A program made the translations under genes and the position numbers. From Azolla caroliniana (taxonomy: Eukaryota > Plantae > Polypodiophyta): a stretch of DNA of 64,000 bases. Of this stretch, positions 13,201 through 23,419 are shown piece by piece. The notes under the pieces are model-generated. The model worked only from the letters and a program-made list of their open reading frames with translations. It searched no databases and was not told the DNA's origin. The stretch covers positions 21,452,001-21,516,000 of the forward strand of contig JBHGNT010000005.1 in the NCBI GenBank assembly GCA_043228905.1, read 5' to 3'. Numbering within the stretch: position 1 is the first letter of the stretch; each line of letters begins with the position of its first letter.

Positions 13201-15493
13201 TGTGCATTTTGAAGGTCTATATTTATTCTTGCCATTTGATGGAAGGAAGGAGGAATGCATTTACCCAAGTGAATTTGTGTATGTAAAAAAACTGTGAAGG
13301 CATTACAAGACTAGAGATAAACATAACAATATTTTAGCGTTGTCCCCTAAAACCAATAATGAAGTCAAATGATGGTAATCCACAACAATAATCTGACATG
13401 CACCTAAGCTCAATAACAAATCAAGTTCTAATACAAATTCTAAAAGGCATTAGGTAAGATTTCATAATTACTTAATTGTATGTGTATACAACAACATTGG
13501 ATATGTCAAATAGTTTTTGTCACTCTTAAAAATACTTCAACATATATAATTTTGAATTGACAATCAACAACAATTTGGACTAATCCGAACCAAATTGCAT
13601 GAAACATAGCTTAAAAACTTAACTATTTAAACAATTCAATTAAGGTCTAAGAAGTTGAAAATGTTTCCATTTGGGTTAGACTTGGGGGTTCAAGGGTTCA
13701 ATTCAATTGATTTGATTAGACCCTTAATCAGCTAAACCATCTACAAATTAGTTTTGAACTACATGATTTAAGGTTAAGCTTGATATTTTCTCTTTTCTAA
13801 ATGTAGGATTTAAAGTTTAGGTTTACGATTTTTTTTTCCCAAGTTATGATAAATTTTATGTTTTTTATGCTCTACATTTGGTTAATGGTTTCAACTTTAA
13901 GTCATTTAAGAAGTTAAAGAGTTATGACAATATAAAGTATCTAATTGATTATTTAATCAAAAGGTTAACCAGTTTCTTTAAAATATAATTAAGTGTTTGT
14001 TAATATAAAATATATCTTTGAAAAAATTGAGTGTCCGATCATCAATAATTTGATCTGCACCGAAAGCAAACCGCAACTTAATGGCTTAATGGTTGGTAAA
14101 TCTCTCAAACCATTTGGTTAAGATCTTGGAAACCCCTTTTAACGGTTTTGTTTTAATGGTTTCGATTAAAATAGTTTAGATTTAAAGGTTTTGCGATTTG
14201 ATTCAGCTCAGTTTTAAGTTTCAATTGTTTAAACAGTTTGAGTTTAAGACTCCTAAACCGAACCGAACCATTACCTATTGCTAATTTGAATATATATCAG
14301 CATTTATAAATAACAGCCTATCATACAAAAATGGCTTTGGAAAATGGTGACAAACTCAAAGATTGAACTACAGTTATGCACGATAATAAAATAGCATAAT
14401 GTGCTGATCTCAACAAAACATACAGAACTTTACCATAAGACTATGGCTAGAAGTAACAGAAATTTATTTATTGTTGCACACAATTATATTACAAGATTGG
14501 CGATACAGATCAACAATAAAAACTATTGGCCCAAGACTCAAGTTAGAGACACTTGAAGCTTGACTTCACTCACCAAAAAAATTCTCAAAGATTGATTGCT
14601 ATTTGTAGCTGCTGGCTTAAAAAAGATGGATTCATATAGTGAGATGGCTTCACCGATTTTATAGATCATAATTATGGTGGTGATGATAACAATGCCATCA
14701 AAGATGAAGATGATGGCATTGGTGGAGTTTCGTTAAAATGAGAAAAATACAGATATGAGGAAATATGATAAAATAGTGGTCTGGAGCAAGGAACTTCTTT
14801 CTATCACATTTGCAAAGAGCACGAAGAACATATATGCAAGGCAAGGTTGTATTATTTGAAATAAAAACAAGAAAACATCCAAGTTCACACTCTTGTTTTA
14901 GTATTATTGCTAATGTAGGGGATCCCAAGGAATAGTACACATATTATTACTTAAGTTTTTTGTTAAAAAGCCATGAAAAAATGCATATATAATTCTATTG
15001 CTAATTGTCATTAGCATATGGGGATCCCCAGGAAATGTATGCATTGCTAAGAGAAATGCTTGGGGATGGTGATATACGAAAAACATGCATGCATGTGTCT
15101 ATATATATGTGTGTGTGTGAAGAATCAAAGATGTAGTAGGCAGCAAAGATGGTAAACCAAGGTGGAGAAGATGAAGTTGCTTGATAAAAACAGCAAAAGA
15201 AAACATTGATGTTTGAATAAAATGAAAGGATTGCATGAAATTAAAATGCAGGTCTAAAAAAAATGCATGGAAGTATTGTTGTGAAGATGAGTTAAGCCAG
15301 GCCTTTTCTTCTGTTTGGATCCAAACACATTTTTAGTATGTTTTTTCGATTGATGATGCCTTCATGCAGGTTTAGAGCCCCGGGAGGTCTTGGATTCATC
15401 AGCATTTCGCATTGGTATCAATGTATTTGCATTTGATGTTCCGAATGAATGAACCAAAAGACGGAGAAAAGAAAGGCGCGGAGGAGAAATGAA

Positions 15494-16516
15494 TTACCCG
15501 GATGCAGGAGAGATCGGGGGTGGAGGCGGAGGGCTAGCAGTGGTACTACTAGTTGTAGGTGTCGAAGAACTGCTGCTCGGTAGGAATTTAACAAGAAGCG
15601 TAGACACGGCAATAATGATGATAATCAGTAGGATAATGATGCCGATGCAAGTCCATTTCCTTGTGTTTCTTTGATGCTCTTTCGCATCACCCAGGTGTTC
15701 CGTACCCTTCCTTACGAATGAAGAAGCCCTTAGAACCAATTCCCAGATACTGTTCACCTGTTCTCCCTGGGATTCGACAAGCACCGACATATCCAGAAAG
15801 ATCTGATGAAGCTCCACCAGGCTCTTTTCCACTTCTTTCACAGTATCGTGCCTCTCCTGTATCTCCTTGATCGCTTCGATGATGTTACCCCGGCCTTGCT
15901 CTTGCACCGCCTTCTGCAAGAAGCTCTCGCTCTCTCCCGTGTCGATCATCCGAACCAATGTCTCCTCATCCACTTTCTCACCTGTGATTATGTAATACCG
16001 CCTCTTGATTGTCTCCCGATACTCCAAACGCATAGATTCCCTCAAGTCTTTGAAATCTTTCATTAGAGCTTTCAAAGTGGTTCTTAGGCCATTGGTTATT
16101 GACATCCGGGTTCGATCGGTCGAGGTTCCTTCTTCGCACCCCGGTATCCTCCGATTGTTCAAATTCGCTCGATCAAGATCCTCGAGCTTCGATTTGATCA
16201 GTTTTGTTTCTCTGAGAATCTCTCGGATGTGTTTATCCATCCGATCCCGTAGATCTTTCATGGCTTGAGCTTTTGTGATGGTTTTGCTCTCTTCATTAGC
16301 GACTTGAAGAAAGGAGAGAAGCTTTCTTACCTTGTCCATCTCATCTTTGATCTTCTTTACTTCTTCGAAGAAATGGTCGAGATTAGGTGCCGGCCCAGTC
16401 CCCGTGCTCATCTCTGTCTCCCTCCCTTCTTCTATGTCGCTCATCTTGTTTCTCTTCAGGTCCACATAACTGCTCCCACTCAGATCTGAGAACTTCTTGG
16501 ACAGAAGGTTGAACAT
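15494..16516 (-). CDS. Qa-SNARE syntaxin, SYP1 group (SYP12/PEN1-like), intronless, 340 aa
   Basis: First ATG at 16516 (the ORF track start at 16534 is TTG). Habc domain (FFEEVKKIKDEM, PGCEEGTSTDRTR), linker IDTGESESFLQKAVQEQGRG, SNARE motif EIQERHD...LHQIFLDMSVLVESQGEQ, TM WTCIGIIILLIIIIIAV, then an S/T/P tail. Confidence 0.93.
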   Translation of the reverse strand: MFNLLSKKFSDLSGSSYVDLKRNKMSDIEEGRETEMSTGTGPAPNLDHFFEEVKKIKDEMDKVRKLLSFLQVANEESKTITKAQAMKDLRDRMDKHIREILRETKLIKSKLEDLDRANLNNRRIPGCEEGTSTDRTRMSITNGLRTTLKALMKDFKDLRESMRLEYRETIKRRYYIITGEKVDEETLVRMIDTGESESFLQKAVQEQGRGNIIEAIKEIQERHDTVKEVEKSLVELHQIFLDMSVLVESQGEQVNSIWELVLRASSFVRKGTEHLGDAKEHQRNTRKWTCIGIIILLIIIIIAVSTLLVKFLPSSSSSTPTTSSTTASPPPPPPISPASG

Positions 16517-16575
16517 AGCTACAGAACGATCCAAAAGGACGAAAAAATATCACAGGGCAAGAGTTAGGATTAGGT

Positions 16576-16583
16576 CTTTTATA
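16576..16583 (-). promoter_or_regulatory. Putative TATA box of the syntaxin gene
   Basis: Minus strand reads GCTATAAAAG about 60 bp upstream of the ATG. Confidence 0.5.
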
Positions 16584-16602
16584 GCAAAACTGGTGAAACC
16601 TA

Positions 16603-16644
16603 TTAGGGTTAGGGTTAGGGTTAGGGTTAGGGTTAGGGTTAGGG
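16603..16644. repeat. Interstitial telomere-like repeat (TTAGGG)7
   Basis: Seven perfect TTAGGG units. Confidence 0.97.
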
Positions 16645-16744
16645 TTTGCAAGGCAACAAAAAAATATTTATAAAGACACAGGCAGGAGAGGAAAACAAAT
16701 CAGAGTAATGTTCCGAAGATTTGGTCTGTAGATAAAAGAGACCA

Positions 16745-16771
16745 TTGACTTTTTCTAATTTGAAAAGTCAA
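16745..16771. promoter_or_regulatory. Inverted pair of W-boxes (WRKY sites)
   Basis: TTGACT at 16745-16750 and AGTCAA at 16766-16771 within the palindrome TTGACTTTT...AAAAGTCAA. Confidence 0.45.
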
Positions 16772-16817
16772 AAAAGTCCAGACTCATGGACCGAATGGCA
16801 CGGAAATGGGAAATGAT

Positions 16818-16907
16818 CCTGAGGCGAAGGAATTCTTTTACTCTGTATGCGGTCAAAGCATGGCCTGAGGCAAAGGAATTCTTTTACTTTGTATGCGTTC
16901 AAAGCAT
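16818..16907. repeat. Tandem duplication, 46-bp period
   Basis: CCTGAGGCRAAGGAATTCTTTTACTYTGTATGCGKTCAAAGCAT occurs twice. Confidence 0.85.
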
Positions 16908-17010
16908 AGCCTATCTCTCTGGTGGCGTTCGACATCTACGTCCAGCTAACTTGTATCTGTGTTCCTCTGTATTCGCTCAAGTGCGTACATGTTTCGTGCC
17001 CATGTTTATT

Positions 17011-17100
17011 GATTGAATCCGGAGTCTTTGTCCAAATCTTGGTTGAATCTAGGGTCTTTGTCCGGATCTTAGTCGAATCTAGAGTCTTTGTCCAAATGTT
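17011..17100. repeat. Minisatellite, 3 x 30 bp
   Basis: GAATCY.G.GTCTTTGTCC..AT.TT unit repeated three times. Confidence 0.85.
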
Positions 17101-17237
17101 GTTTCTGTGTGTGTGTGTGTGTGAATGCATGTCTATATTTGGTCATAGGCGTTATGCGCACACAGTTTGTCAAATTTAGCAATACATATGGACTATTTGT
17201 CCAATGTTTGTTGAATCCCTTTTTTGTCCAAATCAAA

Positions 17238-17317
17238 GTCAGGATGGCCGAGCGGTCTAAGGCGCCAGTTTCAGGTACTGGTCCAAAAGGGCGTGGGTTC
17301 AAATCCCACTTCTAACA
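17238..17317 (+). tRNA. tRNA-Leu(CAG), possibly a pseudogene
   Basis: GTCAGGATGGCCGAGCGGTCTAAGGCGCCAGTTTCAGGTACTGG...GGGTTCAAATCCCACTTCTAACA; A and B boxes present; anticodon CAG at 17272-17274; long variable arm; acceptor 3' strand TTCTAAC gives a C:A mismatch. Confidence 0.88.
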
Positions 17318-18443
17318 CATTTGCTCCAATTGTCTCATGGGCTAATTTTGGTCTTAGAAGACGTTAATATATCTTTCTTTCTATGTGTGAATGTCTATGC
17401 ATATGTCCGTGTCGGCATTATGTGCACACAATTTGTCAGAATTAGCAATACATATCGTTCTAGCGATCAACCCATGGGGTGGATATATTTGAAGGTATAT
17501 CTACCCTTGTTTGTTGTCAATAGTACACATAGAACTGGACATGGCACGAATGCTCGGCAATGTTATATTACAACTTGCAAAGAGTTAGTCAATGGTTTTC
17601 TCCATAATGCAAAACACCTAGCAGAGAGAATGGCAGATAATCACATTTTGAACCCACAAGAGTGTGAAAAGAGAATTATAAATTATACAATGAGTATGAA
17701 ATGCAAACTTTGCATGGTACACTATAACAATGTTTCCACATACCCAATTAAATCAACCACCCAACAAGCATGAATTAAATCTAGAGTGTTCACACTAGTC
17801 CCCCAACTAGTAATTTTCCCTAGTGTGTCCTATTTTTAGCCATATATTTATCCGTCTATGTACATATGTTTAGGGGCTATATCCACACAGTTTGTGTAGG
17901 CATCTACATTTTAATTGTGTAGCAAACCCATCTCTCACCTAATGGGCATGCCATGTTTGGGGCTTTTTAGTTCTTGTAGGTTAGTGAGTTCACATGTTAG
18001 CGAGTAAGGAATAGTGTATTAGTGATTCCTCATTTTGCTTAGATAGCAAATTAATTCTTTTACCACTTCCCAATTCATCTTACTAGAATTTTACAACGAT
18101 ATGCTAATCAACCAAATTACGAACACAATACCAAGTCTAGTGTCCGCCATGGCATACCTGAAGCTTTTGCCAATGGATGAGTATGGATCTTTTCGCATTT
18201 ATTCTCATTCAAATTAGATTATATGCCGTCCTCTTCACCCAATCTCTTGCAAAAAAGCTTTGGCATTTTGGGAGGCTTGGTTCTATCAACATGGATTTGC
18301 TAGAGCCCTTTGGTGATAAACACACCTTGAGATAGGTGAATCTATTGGTTTGATTACCCCGAATATCTTTCTTTGATTACCCCATGATTAGCATTCAATC
18401 CACATACGGACTGAGGAGGATTTGACTATTGTTTGCACTCTTA

Positions 18444-18982
18444 TGTAATGTATCGCAGGGAATCCTTGTTGGCCTAGAGTATGTGTACAAGGACGAGTCG
18501 GAGAATAATATTATAATTAGAAGCATAATTATTAGTTAGGAAATATTATAGGAACGGACAGATCCAGATAGTTGTACCGATCTGGATCCACACCGATTAA
18601 TAGTGCCGGTAGCCGATACGGCACCGTTTTGTATTTCCTACCGGATGCCTATAAAAGGGTCCGGAATCGATCTAATTGGTTTAACGGAAGTACTATGAGA
18701 TTAGTGTTCTGTTTTAATTCTATTGTATCTCTGTGTACTTGCCGTACGACACTTCAATTGTTAATCTCATAACTAATCTGTTGTCTTCACAATCTGGAAG
18801 TAACCAGAATTAGTCGGATAGGAATCGAATAGCCGGATAATATCGATCCCTTAACCACCCCTTTGGTGAAGTGTTTCGGAACGGACACCCTATGGTTGAG
18901 GCTAAGTCCAGCCCAGAGTAAACACCGTTTTATTGCCAATCGTGTCCTTGTAGTTTCCGTTCTTCCTATGTCTTTAATAGAT
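18444..18982 (+). mobile_element. Truncated LTR-like fragment
   Basis: Starts TGTAAT, contains CCTATAAAAGG and has LTR-like composition; no partner LTR or TSD seen. Confidence 0.35.
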
Positions 18983-20200
18983 AGAGTCTCGATGTCGTCA
19001 ATAATGTGTCAAATGAGGGTAACTAAGCCTCATATTTATTGCCAAACCTAAGGCCCCTAGGCAAGTTCACACTTGGCCTTAATGCGTTTTCTCAATTCCT
19101 AGGATTAAAAGTAATCCTCCCTTCTTTACAATCTCATTTAACCCTCACACTTTATCCACGTGTATAGAATACTGCGGTACAATCTTACCACGTGATAATT
19201 TATGGTCATGGTCGTAACACACCCCCACCAAACCTACATATCCTCTCTTTTGTCATCTCCCAACTCTTCTTCTTCTTTCTCATTCGAGTTTTCACTAATG
19301 ACATCAATTCATGGTCTCTCTTGTTATCTCTCTTGAAAGAAATCACTCTTTTCCCTACTATAGGCATCACCAACCTTGACTTCTCAAGTTTGATCAGGTG
19401 GTACATGGTATTATCGTTTATTTAAAAGCATAACCACTATGTCCACCATCCATTTGTAGTGCATTGCTAATGTGAGTTGGGTGGAGCCTACACTTATCTT
19501 GCATATTCCTATGCAATTGGTAAGTTTTGTATGGCTCCACAAATTGCACATCCTTGTACATTCCTATCCACCGATACTTTTCCTTCACCTTTGCAAATGA
19601 TGCCAAAGTGACTTTGTAATTTAGTTAATATGATGGTTTACCATACTTAATAATGTCACCATCCTCCTCATTAGGTACGTCCATAGTTATTCTTCTTGCA
19701 AGAAGTACCTAATAGCCTTCTTTTGGATCTTTCATGCCTCCTCGCCAAACCACGAGGCATCTACTGTCATGGAGCTTAGGAATTTCCCTATATTCAATAT
19801 CCGTAAATGTGTCCATTTCTTGTGTAACTCATTCTCTAGCAATTGCAAGGGCTAACTAAAAAAGTCGAGAACCACTTTGTAGTCACCTCATATATGTAAG
19901 CTACCACCTTAACATGCTAACGTAAGGCATCTAGCATCCTAAAACCATTCCTAGAATTGGAAGGTAGTTCATCTCAATTATAACAACTATGTCAATCAAG
20001 TAGTCGTTATTTGTATTGATTGCCAACACAATTGGCCCACAATCCTCTCCTCGCTTGCACATAGTTCCTTTGACTTTGACTATGCACTTTGGCCCCGAAA
20101 TGTATCCCGTAATGATCCTCATCTTCATTTTCTTGGTTGACAAACCAACCACTTCCTATTGTGCTTGTATCCACTACCACAAAGATGGAAGACCTATTTG
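18983..20200 (-). mobile_element. Gypsy remnant: partial 3' LTR (18983-19219), PPT and degraded integrase
   Basis: 18983-19219 aligns with the LTR segment 62113-62349; the LTR terminus TAACA is followed by CACCCCCACCA (PPT, rc); integrase Zn-region-like FAKVKEKYRWIGMYKDV. Confidence 0.7.
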
Positions 20201-21468
20201 CATAGTTAGCCTTTCTTAGATCCAGGCACTAGAAGATGCAAAATACATGAACCTGAAGCTTGGATAATGATATAATAACTATATTGGCAACATGCAAATA
20301 CAAAAGAGTGTTAGCAAAATTCATTCCCCATTGTAAAAAACTTCATTGCTAAATGTAATGGGCAAATAAGATGATTATGAACATTTGCATCTTACCATGA
20401 ATATCCCTAATATCCCATATGGCTTCTTCATTTCTTTTTGTGTTTTTTCCATATATCCATTGTCGGAAATTATATGAGCAATCAAATGTTATTAAATTTA
20501 TATTTTATGGTTCTTTCCTCGGTTATGAGCATGAATGCATTGCTTAAGAATTGGGCCACTCATAATGTAGGAGATCTTCAAGGTATCAAGACAACATGGC
20601 ATACCTCACTATTGGAGTGCAAGTTGGATCAAACCATCACATACGGGGGAGACACAAATAATGAAAACAAGTATAAGATAGTCATGGTTGGTTCTCTTAT
20701 GCCAAAACTATTTGGATATATACATAATGGAAGCGACGTGCATTACATGGAAAGAGTTTTAAAATGTCAAAAAGAACTATCAAGTGAAGTTTCTTCAAGT
20801 CAAACCACAAATGTGATACAGGTACCTACTTCTTCATATTAGATCACTTCCCATTGAGATCCATGAAGAGGGTCATGCTTAACGCTTCGCATTGACTTCC
20901 TATGATCACGTGAAGATTGAAAAAACACAAAAACAAAATTTTAAGTTTTAGATTAATGCAAGATTTTAAGAAATGATTTGGAAAATTAAATGCATCAAAT
21001 ATGTGTCAATACATTCCTCTATGGATTTGGGGCAATACCAATTTATCACAACTTGGGAAAGATGTGAGGCTCACATTTCACAAACTATATTACATAGGTT
21101 ACACCAAACAACAAAACTATCATATTCTCGAAACAAGCGAATCACACTCATTGAATCATGTTAGATTCCATCCCTTTGTTCACCATATGCACCATTGCTT
21201 CAATACAAGCTAGCTCGTATTCTCTTCGATGGGAGACGCGGTGTTGGGGCATGGGCGAGAAAACTCATTGATTATGCACATTTTCCCTAAATAAGTGTTG
21301 AAGTCAAAGTATCACATTTTGGTACAATGCTCTTCATTAGACCACATTCAAGATTGTTTTCCATGCATTACCAATATGGTTCACTCCCTACACACAATCA
21401 CAATTTGCACTCTTGATTGTGATGTTTATTAGTGAAATTCTTGCACATCAAGAGTCGCTACTCAAGGA

Positions 21469-22001
21469 CAATAATAAAATCTATATCATGCATACAAAGA
21501 CCCTTTGCCATGACATTTGAATGGAGATGATTACAGTTTATAAGGCCATCCTTAAAAAGGTTTTTTTATTTAGCTACCCCCTCACCCATTTAATGCTCCA
21601 TCAACAACTATTGATGTTGAGAATGAAAAAATAACCCAACACTACAAAAATGTACTTGTGCTTTGATGTTGCTTGTTTCTTTAGAGACTTTTTCGACCAT
21701 TTCCAACTTAAAATGTGGTGAATGACCAATCAATCGTTTAGGAAATATGGGCCTTTATTATTTGTCTCTCCTTGCAGCTAGCTATATTGCCTCTAGTTGG
21801 AAATTGAGGTTAAGTAACATGTGAACATTCACCTCTATCATGTAGTCTACATCAACAAAGTACGACCTTCGTCTTTGTGCTTGAAGCAACATGGTCGAAG
21901 TATGACGATACCAGTTTTTTAAGGATCCAAACAATTGCCTCCAATTTTTTAGTTTGTTTGTTAGCCACCTACCTACACACAAGTCTCACTTGTTAATGTC
22001 T
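21469..22001. repeat. Dispersed ~530-bp repeat, copy A (copy B at 33730-34231)
   Basis: Colinear high similarity from CAATAATAAAATCTATATCATGCATACAAAGACCC to CACACAAGTCTCAC..TTAATGTC. Confidence 0.9.
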
Positions 22002-23419
22002 TCCACAATAATGGCCCTAGCCCAGCTACTTCATCATCATGAGGATGTTCCCAACTCTCCAAATAAATTATTGAGCATTCCCACCACCTCATCATGATAA
22101 GCCAAAGAAAGCTTGGATGCTTCCAGTCAAAACTAAGTTCATTGATGACTACCACAAAGTACTTGGACCATGACATCCAAGTGACCAACAAAATCTTTGC
22201 ACTACTTTTGAGTCTTTTTCGTGAGAATAGAAGCTTTCAAATCTTACTCTTTAAATAAAGGCCCCACTAAAAGACAAATGGTCAATCACAAGGAAGCTAA
22301 TCATGGAATTTCCTTCTCTCTATCAATGCAATTTGGAGATCATTGTTGACATGCACTTCATCATACCTTACTTGGCCTTCCAGGGTGTCCCTCATTTAAT
22401 GTTTGCTCTATACATCAAGTGTAGGCATTGAGTGTTACATGTCCAATGCCTTGTTGAAGACACATCTAATTTGAAAAGAAAACAATTGGTGCACCACCCC
22501 ATGAATCAGCCAAAGCCCCACCCACATCATCTGTGTCCACAACAAGAGCCTATAGATTATACATCACCAAATGATGTGTCAAGTTATATGCATGCATGAG
22601 GCCCCCAAGGGGGGATGTTAAGTATTGGCTTTATGTTACACTTCATCCGCCTCGATGTCAACATTAGCAAATTCTCTAAAAAACAACTTAGACAATACTT
22701 TTGCAAGGCACATTCTGGAATAGACAAGTAATGGTTATATTTTGGAGTGAGAGAACTTGTTCAACAGTGTAAAAATGCTTGAGAGCATTGTAGAAGGCTA
22801 TGAAAGTCACCTTTGTATTACAGTTTAAGGTACATTCAAATTTGCACGATTGGGGCATAAAAAATCCGCCAATCACAAGTTGAGATGATATTTTTTCTGT
22901 CCCATCTCTTTGGATTGGAAAACAAATTCAAAGATTCAAAGTTATAGAAGATTGAGCAGGGTTCAACACATGGAAGGTTTTTCCAAAATCAAACATGCAT
23001 TTTTAGGAGGCAATGTTATGCCTCAAACCTTGCCAAAGAGATAGAATGTGCCACGCAATGGTGATTGGGACAAGATAATGACAGTCCTGCTTTTTGATAC
23101 ACTGTTTCTCAAAGTTTGGCTACATTGATATGTCCTTCGGACGTGAACACATTGCAGGATTGGTGATTGCTCAACGACCTTCACACTTGGTGCAATAATT
23201 TTTATGGCATCCTTGAGTTCCATTTTCAGATGAAGGCATAGCTAGTCTTCTAGTCTTTGTGTTTGATTCATTTTGCCACTTGACATATTCAGCTCCTATT
23301 TTACGCATGTTTATACATATTCCTTTTTCTTAAATGAGTGCTATTGACACGAAGGAGGGATCTAAGCAAACTCCTCCATTAACCTTTGAATATCTACTCC
23401 CAACCAATCTTACATTTCT

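Noticed and set aside
10400-14300. Possible decayed TE coding sequence and hAT-like AACCG-rich ends
   Set aside because: Too degraded to assign a family or boundaries by eye.
17321-17773. 150-aa ORF after the tRNA
   Set aside because: Non-ATG start, overlaps repeated flank sequence, no motif.
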